Shown here: positions 1 through 7,905 of the stretch, one piece after another
Layout of the letters: each line of letters opens with the position of its first letter
Numbering within the stretch: position 1 is the first letter of the stretch
NCBI GenBank assembly: GCA_938005705.1
Contig: CALLML010000057.1
Span: 1,427-65,426 of the forward strand
Origin: an uncultured bacterium
GTDB taxonomy: Bacteria > Verrucomicrobiota > Kiritimatiellia > PWTM01
Reading direction: 5' to 3'
Length of the DNA stretch: 64,000 nucleotides
The notes under the pieces: generated by a model
Seen by the model: only the letters and a program-made list of their open reading frames with translations
Databases searched by the model: none
What the model was told of the DNA's origin: nothing
Position numbers and translations under genes: made by a program

Positions 1-992
1 GTAAACACGAGCTCGCCAGAATACGGCTGACGATAATAAATCGGCATTCCCGTCAGACGCTCTACGGTCTCGGCGATGTGCGGCAGATCGGAAAAGTCGA
101 GCCCCGTGGGGATGCCGCGCGCATGCAGATTGAGGGCCATCGTGACGATATCGAGATTGCCCGTGCGCTCTCCGTGACCGAAGAGAGTCCCCTCCACGCG
201 GTCGGCGCCGGCCATCAGCGCCATCTCAGTGGCGGCAACCACCATCCCCTGGTCATTATGACCATGCACAGAGATGCGCACCCGATCGCGATACGGAAAT
301 CGTCGGATAAACCATTCGATAAGGTCCGCATAGTGGGTGGGTGGCCGCCGCTCCACGGTCGCGGGGAGATTGAGGATCATCGGTTTTTCCAGTGTGGCCT
401 TGCCCCATGCCTCAAATACCGCTGTGCAGATTTCAAGGGCAAAATCCGGATCGGTATCCGTGAATTCCTCGGGGGAAAACTCATAGCGTAGATCGCTTTC
501 CGGCGCGGCATCGCACCGTTCTCGTATCTGACGCGTGGCCCGCACGGCCGTTTCTAGCGTCTCCTGCCGACTCTGTCCGAACACGTGGCGAATATGGAGA
601 TCGGAAGTCGCGATATAGGCGTGCACTATGCCGCGCCGCAGACCACGGAAGGCCTCAAATGTCCGATCAATCAAGTGCGGACGGCACTGAGTCAGCCCCA
701 TGATAAACACATCCGATGGAATCTGATCCTCCTCGATCAACCGCCGGGTGAATTCAAAATCGTCCTGACTGGCGGAAGGGAATGCCACCTCGATTTGCTT
801 GAACCCGATATGCGTGAGCAGGCGAAAATATTCTAGCTTCTGATCGGGCGTCATCGGATTGGGCAAGGCCTGATTCCCGTCACGCAAATCCACCGAAACC
901 CATTCCGGACTGCGTTCAACAACGCGCGACGGCCACTGGCGATCTTTCAGATCTACGGGCGCCGGACTGCGATATTTCGGCATAGCTTTCAT
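1..992 (-). CDS. leuA: 2-isopropylmalate synthase, long (actinobacterial/LeuA-type 2) form, N-terminal ~330 aa; C-terminus lies beyond window start
   Basis: Manual minus-strand translation from ATG at 992: MKAMPKYRSPAPVDLKDRQWPSRVVERSPEWVSVDLRDGNQALPNPMTPDQK...EVAFPSASQDDFEFTRRLIEE...HGHNDQGMVVAATEMALMAGADRVEGTLFGHGERTGNLDIVTMALNL. It aligns over its whole length with long-form LeuA (DRE-TIM metallolyase). It is missing from the ORF track because it runs off the window edge. The plus-strand ORFs 78-491 and 585-836 are antisense artefacts. Confidence 0.85.
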   Translation of the reverse strand, partial: MKAMPKYRSPAPVDLKDRQWPSRVVERSPEWVSVDLRDGNQALPNPMTPDQKLEYFRLLTHIGFKQIEVAFPSASQDDFEFTRRLIEEDQIPSDVFIMGLTQCRPHLIDRTFEAFRGLRRGIVHAYIATSDLHIRHVFGQSRQETLETAVRATRQIRERCDAAPESDLRYEFSPEEFTDTDPDFALEICTAVFEAWGKATLEKPMILNLPATVERRPPTHYADLIEWFIRRFPYRDRVRISVHGHNDQGMVVAATEMALMAGADRVEGTLFGHGERTGNLDIVTMALNLHARGIPTGLDFSDLPHIAETVERLTGMPIYYRQPYSGELVF

Positions 993-1027
993 ACTTCTGT
1001 TTCTTTTTCCTTCGGCCGGTGTCCAAC

Positions 1028-1056
1028 AAAAAACCCACCGCGCTGACGCGGTGGGT
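1028..1056 (-). terminator. Intrinsic terminator / attenuator hairpin 36 nt upstream of the leuA start
   Basis: Minus-strand RNA reads ACCCACCGCG-UCAG-CGCGGUGGGU followed by UUUUUU. That is a 9-10 bp GC-rich stem with a 4-nt loop and a U6 tract, lying between the leader-peptide stop (1081) and the leuA ATG (992). Confidence 0.7.
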
Positions 1057-1080
1057 AAAATTTCTTCCGTCCGGCCTGGT

Positions 1081-1188
1081 TCAAGCCGCCACGATCCACC
1101 CCACCGCCCGGGGGGCCGGCAACAGAAGGCGCAACAACAGTGCACCCCTGTGCAGGCTCAGCGCCTTGGCGATGGAAGGATCACTCAT
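1081..1188 (-). CDS. 35-aa leucine-rich leader peptide (leu-operon attenuation control peptide)
   Basis: Codon-by-codon manual translation of the minus strand 1188..1081 gives MSDPSIAKALSLHRGALLLRLLLPAPRAVGWIVAA*. It has six Leu in seven consecutive codons (CTG TTG TTG CGC CTT CTG TTG). The terminator hairpin is about 25 nt downstream of its stop codon. It is absent from the ORF track because it is under 60 aa. Confidence 0.6.
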   Translation of the reverse strand: MSDPSIAKALSLHRGALLLRLLLPAPRAVGWIVAA

Positions 1189-1201
1189 TTTCACGGGCCT
1201 A

Positions 1202-1230
1202 ATCCTAAATCAACCGATCCTGATTGTCAA
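1202..1230 (-). promoter_or_regulatory. Candidate sigma70-type promoter driving leader peptide and leuA
   Basis: Minus strand reads TTGACA (1230-1225), a 17-nt spacer, then TAGGAT (1207-1202). This sits about 14 nt upstream of the leader ATG. Confidence 0.35.
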
Positions 1231-2179
1231 TGAGCCGATTGCGCTTCGTGGGATGAGTGGCCAAACAATGGTGTCGGCGAAGGAAGGCGAAAATCGTTTA
1301 CCCCGAAGCCCTCGCGCCATTCGCCGGTTTTTCCACCATTTCTGAGAAAACACGAATGTTTCGCACCAGGGGTCTGGATGCGGGTATTGGTAGGGGTATA
1401 AGCCTCGCATGAACTTGGAATACACTGCCTCGCTCTTCGGTTGGGGATTATGAACGCCGAGGCGGAGGGCTAGGGCCATGCCGGGGAGGCCGTCGGCCGG
1501 ATAAGCGGCCAGGCCGGGTTGGATGTCGAGGGAATCGGAGAGTCCGAAGGGATGGAGCCGGTTGCCCGGTGGAATATCCGGCGTGGTGAACTTCACCGCC
1601 TTCTACGCCGCTCTCTGGTTCTCTCGCGCCAGCACCGTTTCCAACGTTACGGACGCCGTTGGCTCTTCATTCGGCATCGTCGCTCCGTCCCGCACCGCCT
1701 CCGGGCTTGATCCCCATATCCGTTTTCCGACCGGCATCCACCGGCCGTTCCTCGGATCGCCGTCGGGAACGGGTCCTTCCAAACCTTGCCCCGCTTGCCG
1801 TTTCGTGGCTCTTTTGCCCTAGAGACGGGCGTCGCATTTGTGGCCTTCTCGTTCTTCGGCCCTTTGCTTCGCCCAGCCTCACGGCCTGTTCGTGTTTATG
1901 CGGCGCTCCTTGACTACTGGCTTCTTTCTTTTATGCGAACCCCCTCGCAGAGCATGCCTTGCCGTTCGCTAGGGTTGTCGTCACTTCATCCGGCTATCTA
2001 CTTTTAACAAGTCCATGTCCATGCTGGACACACGGGGGACGGCTTCTACGCCATCCCGAAACATTCACAATTCCGGGCGAAGGACAGATGACGCCATCGG
2101 CTCGTGGCCGCGCGCCCGGCATGGACAGCACGGCACCGGCCGGATATGCTTGGCCCATAGTTTCATGGATGATTTCATC

Positions 2180-3544
2180 ATGAGCCACGAGCACCCTCAT
2201 CACGACGACGACCCTGAAGTGCTGGAACAGACACTAGATTGTTTTGACCCGGCGGAGCGCCGTGCCGCGCTCGAAAAGCTCTTGCTCCTCGCCGAAAAGG
2301 GCGAACAGGCGCTGCCCGCCCCACGGCCGGCGGTCAACCTACACGCGCACACATTCTATTCCTACAACGCCTACGGCTATTCCCCCACCGGTTTCGCCTG
2401 GCGCGCGCGTCGCGCCGGCCTGTGCGCCGGCGGCATCGTGGATTTCGATGTCCTCGACGGCGTGGACGAATTCCTCGCGGCGGCGCGGCGCATCGGCCTG
2501 CCCGCCTGCGCCGGCATCGAGACGCGCGTTTTCGTCGATGCCTTCGCCGATCGCGTCATTAACTCACCGGGCGAGCCGGGCATCGCCTATCATGTGGGCA
2601 TGGGCTTCGCCAGCGGCCGCACCACGCCGGAGCAGGAGGTCTTTATCGGCCGACTGCGACGCATCGCTGCGACGCGCAATCGGACCATCGTTTCGCGCGT
2701 CAACGCCGTGCTCGCTCCATTGGCGCTTGATTACGATCGGGACGTGCTGCCGTTGACGCCCCGCGATAACGCCACGGAACGTCACTTATGTCTGGCATAT
2801 GCGCGGAAGGCCCGCGCGCTATTTCGGTCCGACCGCGACTTGGCCGCCTTCTGGTCCGAGAAACTCGGCACGGACGCCGCCGCGCTCGATCTGCCGGACG
2901 GCCCGCGGCTGCAGGGAGAAATTCGCGCCCGTTTGATGAAACGCGGCGGCGTCGGCTATGTGCCGCCGAACCGCGGTGATTTCCCCACACTCGATGAAAT
3001 GAATCGGTTCGTGCTCAGCGCCGGCGCGATTCCGACGGTGGCCTGGCTCGACGGCACCTCCGATGGGGAACGATCGCTCGGCGAATGGCTGGATCGCGCC
3101 GCCTCCAGTGGCGCGGCCGCCCTTGCAATCATCCCCGCCCGAAACTACACGCCAGGCAAACCGGACGAGAAATTGCGCCTCCTGCGGGAAACCGTGGCCG
3201 AGACCGAACGACGTCACTGGCCTATTTTCGTCGGCACCGAAATGAACAGCCCCGGAAACAAATTCGTGGATGATTTCGAGTGCGCCGAACTGGCGCCCAT
3301 GAGGCTGGTGTTTCTAAAAGGAGCGCATATCGCCGCCGCCCACACCGCACTGCAAGCGGCCGCCGGCATGGGCTACGTCAGCGAATGGGCAAGGCGACAC
3401 CTATCGAATCCGGCGGATCGCATGACCTTTTTTGAGGAAGTGGGCCGGCGGCTCGATCCGCAGCGCCCCCTGTTGAAAACCGCCGCCGATCCGGCGCTGA
3501 AACCGGGAGAAGTGCTGGCGCGCATCGGCAAAGCCCCGGAATGA
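2180..3544 (+). CDS. PHP (polymerase/histidinol-phosphatase) domain protein, function unknown
   Basis: The ORF at 2015-3544 contains VNLHAHTFYS, then GIVDFD, then GLPACAGIETRV. That resembles PHP motifs (HxH...DG...D[H]...GxE). The first ~55 aa of the ORF are non-protein-like, so the start is placed at the MSHEHPHHDD methionine (2180). It is co-directional with thrC, 55 nt upstream. Confidence 0.55.
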   Translation: MSHEHPHHDDDPEVLEQTLDCFDPAERRAALEKLLLLAEKGEQALPAPRPAVNLHAHTFYSYNAYGYSPTGFAWRARRAGLCAGGIVDFDVLDGVDEFLAAARRIGLPACAGIETRVFVDAFADRVINSPGEPGIAYHVGMGFASGRTTPEQEVFIGRLRRIAATRNRTIVSRVNAVLAPLALDYDRDVLPLTPRDNATERHLCLAYARKARALFRSDRDLAAFWSEKLGTDAAALDLPDGPRLQGEIRARLMKRGGVGYVPPNRGDFPTLDEMNRFVLSAGAIPTVAWLDGTSDGERSLGEWLDRAASSGAAALAIIPARNYTPGKPDEKLRLLRETVAETERRHWPIFVGTEMNSPGNKFVDDFECAELAPMRLVFLKGAHIAAAHTALQAAAGMGYVSEWARRHLSNPADRMTFFEEVGRRLDPQRPLLKTAADPALKPGEVLARIGKAPE

Positions 3545-3599
3545 GGAGCGGGGCATGTCCCCATCCTCTCCTGCGGCCCGTGTCGTACAGAAGAAGAAC

Positions 3600-4979
3600 A
3601 TGAAGTACCTCAGCACCAGGGGAAACTCGCCGGCGGCAGATTTTCGCGACGTCGTACTGGAAGGGCTGGCGCCGGACCGCGGGCTCTATATCCCCGAGCG
3701 GATTCCCGACGTCGCGTCCGAGCTCGCCGCATGGACGGCGCATTCCTACAGCGAACTGGCCTTCGAAATCATGCGCCGTTTTTGCGATTTACCCGCCGAT
3801 GCGCTCCGCGATCTGATCGCGCGCGCCTACTCGACGTTCGATCATCCCGACATTGCGCCCGTCAAGCGCGTCGGCGATCGCTGGATTCTGGAGCTGTTCC
3901 ATGGCCCCACGCTCGCGTTCAAGGACCTGGCTCTGCAATTTCTCGGACGCCTTTTTAACACCTTACTCGAAGAAACCGGCGAGCAACTGAACATCCTCGT
4001 GGCGACCAGCGGCGACACCGGCAGCGCGGCCATTCACGGCGTGCGCGGCTGCCCGAACATCCGCATTTTCGTCATGCATCCCCGCGGCCGAATCAGCCCG
4101 TTGCAGGAGCGACAGATGACGTCGGTGCTGGACCCGAATGTGTTCAATCTCGCCATCGAAGGATCTTTCGACGACTGCCAGCGCATCCTGAAAACGCTGC
4201 TGGGCGATCTCGAACTCAAGCGCGCCCTACGCCTGGGCGCGATGAATTCCGTGAACTGGGCCCGCGTACTCGCCCAGATCGTCTATTATTTTTCCTCCGC
4301 CCTTCACGTGATGCGCGCGACCGGCGCTGATCGGGTTCGCTTCGCCGTGCCCACCGGCAATTTCGGCGACGTCTTCGCCGGCTATATGGCGGCGCGCATG
4401 GGGCTGCCCATCGAACGGCTCGTGCTGGCGACCAACGCCAACGACATTCTCGCGCGTTTTTTCAACACGGGCGAATACCGCCTCGGCCGCGTCATCCCGA
4501 CGTTGAGTCCCTCTATGGATATCCAGGTGGCCAGCAACTTCGAACGGTATTTGTTTTACCGCCTCGGCGAAAATCCGGCGCGTGTGCGCGAAGCGCTGGA
4601 GGCGTTCGATCGCGAAGGCCGATGGATGTCGCCGGATCATGCGCACGACCCGCTCTGGGCCGCCGGCCACGCCGATGACGACCGGACGTGCGCGGTCATC
4701 CGTGAGATCTGGGAACGCCACGGTTATCTCCTCGACCCACATACCGCCGTCGGCGTCGCCGTGGCGCAGCGACTCGATTCCTCCGATGCGCCGCTGATCT
4801 GTCTGGCGACGGCGCATCCAGCGAAATTTCCCGAAGCTATTGCGCGGGCCATCGGACGCGACGACCTCGCGCGTCACGAGCGGCTGGATGCCCTTCGCGA
4901 TGCGCCCACGCGGTCTGAACGGCTGCCGGCCGATGTCCGGCGGGTCCGTGACTATCTGGAGCGGCATATCCGCCCGTGA
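3600..4979 (+). CDS. thrC: Threonine synthase (long form with Thr_synth_N domain)
   Basis: MKYLSTRGNSPAADFRDVVLEGLAPDRGLYIPERIP...FHGPTLAFKDLALQFLGRLF...ATSGDTGSAAIHG...PTGNFGDVFAGYMAARMGLP matches ThrC and contains the PLP-lysine region. The ATG at 3600 matches the canonical MKY(I/L)STRG N-terminus. An alternative start at 3555 has a GGAG RBS. Confidence 0.9.
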   Translation: MKYLSTRGNSPAADFRDVVLEGLAPDRGLYIPERIPDVASELAAWTAHSYSELAFEIMRRFCDLPADALRDLIARAYSTFDHPDIAPVKRVGDRWILELFHGPTLAFKDLALQFLGRLFNTLLEETGEQLNILVATSGDTGSAAIHGVRGCPNIRIFVMHPRGRISPLQERQMTSVLDPNVFNLAIEGSFDDCQRILKTLLGDLELKRALRLGAMNSVNWARVLAQIVYYFSSALHVMRATGADRVRFAVPTGNFGDVFAGYMAARMGLPIERLVLATNANDILARFFNTGEYRLGRVIPTLSPSMDIQVASNFERYLFYRLGENPARVREALEAFDREGRWMSPDHAHDPLWAAGHADDDRTCAVIREIWERHGYLLDPHTAVGVAVAQRLDSSDAPLICLATAHPAKFPEAIARAIGRDDLARHERLDALRDAPTRSERLPADVRRVRDYLERHIRP

Positions 4980-4982
4980 GGT

Positions 4983-6311
4983 TCAGACATAGTCGTCGGG
5001 CCAGACGGTCTCGCGATCCATGGTCACGGTGGGTTCTTTGGGCTCCCGCCCGTCCACGGGGTTGATGATCATGCCCGCCGGCAATGACAGACGGCCTTTC
5101 AGGAGGGGGTCGTTCGTTTCCCGCATCCAGCGGTTCAGGCGGCCCCGCAGGTCCTCCAGCACCCGGTCGTAGACGGCCTGCCCCGCCAGGTTGCAACGCT
5201 CGAGGGGGTCAAAGACGAGATCGTAGAGCTCTTCCAGTTTATAGGATTGTTCGCGCCATCCATGGGCGAGCCATAATTCCTTGGTTGCCGAGGCGTCGCA
5301 GTTCGGCAATACCGGACGACGCCGAGGATCGAATCGGCGGATGTATTTCCAGCGGCGGGTCCGCACGCAGCGCATCGGTTCGATGGCGGCGTGGACGTTG
5401 ACCTCGGCGAAGATTTCCTCCCGATGCGAGAGGGTCTCGCCGCGTACCCACGGAAGAAAAGAGCGGCCCTGCACATGCGGCGGCGGTTCAATCCCCAACC
5501 CCTCGCAAATCGTGGGGAAAATGTCCACCTGCGACACCATTTCGTCGCACACCCGGCCGCCCTCGAAGCCGCCAGGACCTCGCAAGATGAGAAATACGCC
5601 GATGCCGTGGTCGGTCAGATTGCACTTCATGCCGGGAAAGGCGATGCCATGGTCGGTGGTGCAGATCACGAGCGTACGGCCGGCCAGGCCGGCGCGGTCC
5701 AGCGCCTCCAGAACGGCGCCCATGCGCGCATCGAGACGGCGAGCCATGGTGCGGTAGGCGGCCATGTCCGCGCGGGTCTCCGGCGTGTCGGGGAAAATTG
5801 CCGGCGGACGAACGTAACGGGGATCATCGGCGGGTTCCGGCGTGGGAAAATCGCGATGCGTTTCGTTAAAGCCGACGGAAAGGAAAAACGGCTCCGGCGG
5901 GTTCGACATCAGAAATGCCGACGCAGCCACATCGGCCTCATTCACCTGGCTCGTCAGAATCCGGTCGTAGCCGATATCCTCCACCTGCTTCCACGACACG
6001 ATGTGCTGCACGCCACTCAAGGCCGAAAAGTAGCCGTGGCGTCGCAATGTGTGCAAAATGTGCCATCCGTAATCCTTGAGACGGAAACCCCGATGCGCCA
6101 ACCCCAACATCCCGCAACAGTGGGGATAGGCGCCTGTCAATAACGCCGCGCGACTGGGCGAGCAGGTCGGATTCGCGCAAAACGCCTGGCGAAAGAGCAT
6201 CCCCTGCTCCGCCAGCCGCCGCAGATGCGGCGTCGACACGTCGTAGCCGATCGGTTCGATATAGCGGCCGGTGTCGTGGGAGTGGAGATACAGAATGTTG
6301 AAACGATCCAT
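4983..6311 (-). CDS. Sulfatase (formylglycine-dependent, arylsulfatase family); no obvious signal peptide
   Basis: CANPTCSPSRAALLTG fits the C-x-P-x-R sulfatase signature and the fold matches sulfatases throughout. The start ATG at 6311 has a GGAGGAG RBS 6 nt upstream. Confidence 0.85.
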   Translation of the reverse strand: MDRFNILYLHSHDTGRYIEPIGYDVSTPHLRRLAEQGMLFRQAFCANPTCSPSRAALLTGAYPHCCGMLGLAHRGFRLKDYGWHILHTLRRHGYFSALSGVQHIVSWKQVEDIGYDRILTSQVNEADVAASAFLMSNPPEPFFLSVGFNETHRDFPTPEPADDPRYVRPPAIFPDTPETRADMAAYRTMARRLDARMGAVLEALDRAGLAGRTLVICTTDHGIAFPGMKCNLTDHGIGVFLILRGPGGFEGGRVCDEMVSQVDIFPTICEGLGIEPPPHVQGRSFLPWVRGETLSHREEIFAEVNVHAAIEPMRCVRTRRWKYIRRFDPRRRPVLPNCDASATKELWLAHGWREQSYKLEELYDLVFDPLERCNLAGQAVYDRVLEDLRGRLNRWMRETNDPLLKGRLSLPAGMIINPVDGREPKEPTVTMDRETVWPDDYV

Positions 6312-6376
6312 GGGAACTCCTCCGGAGGTCACGAGGTTACGATGTACGGTTTTTTGCGGACGAATGTCAAAAATAA

Positions 6377-7201
6377 TTGACTTCCCAGGCTCAATCCACG
6401 ACGAAGATACGTATGATTTTCCTGGCGCGCATCGGCAGCCGGCTGGTCATCGCCTGGCGGAGAATGATCGAGGCATCGGCGTTATCGGCGGGTCTGCTCC
6501 GTTTGGCCGTTCGACCGTCCCGATGGCCGCGGACTACGCGTACCGTTCTTGGCCGGCAGATTCTTTTTACCGGCATGGACGCCATCCCCTTCATCCTGGC
6601 CGTCTCGGTGGCGGTCGGCCTGACCGTCGTCCTCCAGACGAAGGTCTGGCTAGGACGCGTGGGTCAGTCTGCACTCGCCGGCCCGATTCTCGTGGCGGTA
6701 ATCATTCGCGAACTCGGACCGCTACTGGTGAACTTCGTTGTCATCGGGCGCAGCGGAACCGCGGTCGCCGCCGAGCTAGCCTCCATGAGCGTCGCGGGAG
6801 AAGTTGAGGTTCTCGAGTCGCAAGGGCTCGACCCGACCGCCTATCTTGTGCTGCCTCGCGCGTTGGCCATGGCGGTATCCGTTCTTGGATTGACCCTGCT
6901 GTTCACGGCGACATCCTTCGCCAGCGGGTTCCTCGGTGGGCGTCTGCTTGGCGCGCCTGTCGGACGAGGCGACCTTTTTCTGGACAGCGTGTTCGGCGCC
7001 ATCAGCCGTGCCGATGTAGTCAATTTGCTGGCTAAGTCACTGATACCCGGCTGGCTCACCGCCGTGGAGTGTTCGATTGCAGGACTCTCGGCGGGAACAT
7101 CGTTGACTGAAGTGCCGCAGGCGGCCACGCGGGGCGTGATCCGTTCGGTCGGATCCCTGTTTCTGATTTCCATCCTGGTTTCCGTGCTCACCTATCTATG
7201 A
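6377..7201 (+). CDS. mlaE: MlaE/YrbE-family ABC transporter permease
   Basis: VIGRSGTAVAAELASMSVAGEVEVLESQGLDPTAYLVLPRALA aligns with the E. coli MlaE core ([38 protein letters not shown]). It is a multi-TM protein. Confidence 0.8.
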   Translation: MTSQAQSTTKIRMIFLARIGSRLVIAWRRMIEASALSAGLLRLAVRPSRWPRTTRTVLGRQILFTGMDAIPFILAVSVAVGLTVVLQTKVWLGRVGQSALAGPILVAVIIRELGPLLVNFVVIGRSGTAVAAELASMSVAGEVEVLESQGLDPTAYLVLPRALAMAVSVLGLTLLFTATSFASGFLGGRLLGAPVGRGDLFLDSVFGAISRADVVNLLAKSLIPGWLTAVECSIAGLSAGTSLTEVPQAATRGVIRSVGSLFLISILVSVLTYL

Positions 7202-7905
7202 CGGCCCTGGTTCCCATTCTGGAATTCGATGGCGTGCGATGGACGGATCTTGAGTCGCCGCTTCAATTCCGCCTCGAGCCCGGCGGATGCGTGTTTGTGC
7301 GAACGCGCGTGGGGAACTTTGAGCGCGCCGGCGCTATCGGCCGGGTCGCCTGTGGCCTCGCGGCGCCGCCCCATGGAACGATTCGATTTCGAGGGCGCGA
7401 GTGGGCGGAGATGACGCCCGCGGAGGCCGAGCGTGCGCGGGCCGCCATCGGACGCGTGTTGAGTGGCGCGGCATGGATCAGCAACCTCGATGTGGAGGAA
7501 AACGTCCTCCTTTCTCCGCTCCACCATGGCCGACGGCCACGCGCTGAATTGCGGGCCGAGGCGAAGCGTCTGGCGCGATCGTTCGGTCTTGATGACGTGC
7601 CCGCCGGGCGAGCGGCCGGCGTGCCTCGACGGGACCTGCAACGTGCCCAGTGGGTGCGCGCGTTGCTCATCAACCCCCTGCTGCTGGTTCTCGAATTTCC
7701 CGAACGCGAGACCCTACCCTCGGAACAGGCCGCCTTCGCCGCGGCGGTGGACGAAGCCCGAACGCGCGGAGCGGGTGTGGTTTGGATCACCGACCGGGAG
7801 CCGGCGCCGAAAGAGCGCAACCTCTGCATCGTGATCTCCGACTATTCTCTCAGCGATGACGCAACGGGGGTTGAATCGCAAGGGAAGAACGCCTACAGTG
7901 CATGA
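7198..7905 (+). CDS. MlaF-like ABC nucleotide-binding-domain homologue with all catalytic motifs degenerate (predicted pseudo-ATPase)
   Basis: It aligns colinearly with MlaF. Walker A GPSGIGKTT is replaced by TRVGNFERA (no Lys). The Q-loop LFQS is LSGA. The signature LSGGM is VPRRD. Walker B IMFDEP is LVLEFPE (the catalytic Glu is lost). The H-loop SHD is TDR. Flanking conserved blocks are retained (IGRVLSGAAWISNLDVEENV, RAQWVRALLINPLLLVLEF). A 4-bp overlap with mlaE and a 4-bp overlap with the MCE gene suggest translational coupling. Confidence 0.7.
   Translation: MTALVPILEFDGVRWTDLESPLQFRLEPGGCVFVRTRVGNFERAGAIGRVACGLAAPPHGTIRFRGREWAEMTPAEAERARAAIGRVLSGAAWISNLDVEENVLLSPLHHGRRPRAELRAEAKRLARSFGLDDVPAGRAAGVPRRDLQRAQWVRALLINPLLLVLEFPERETLPSEQAAFAAAVDEARTRGAGVVWITDREPAPKERNLCIVISDYSLSDDATGVESQGKNAYSA

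Noticed and set aside
78-836. Plus-strand ORFs 78-491 and 585-836 (137 and 83 aa)
   Set aside because: They are antisense to a clearly recognisable leuA reading frame. The translations are Arg/His-rich with no family resemblance. These are typical high-GC antisense artefacts.
1056-1400. Possibility of a T-box riboswitch controlling leuA
   Set aside because: No T-box consensus (AATTAGGGTGGNACCGCG or its complement) was found upstream of leuA. The leader-peptide plus terminator architecture explains the region better.
1210-1596. Minus-strand 128-aa ORF (GTG start) just upstream of the leader peptide
   Set aside because: The translation is Pro/Gly/Arg-rich and low-complexity with no recognisable motifs. 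It overlaps several equally poor ORFs on both strands. It is treated as non-coding, but it is not excluded that it is a degraded gene.
2015-2179. First 55 codons of the PHP-domain ORF
   Set aside because: The sequence (SGRRTDDAIGSWPRARHGQHGTGRICLAHSF) is not protein-like. An internal ATG at 2180 gives a sensible N-terminus directly before the HxH PHP motif.
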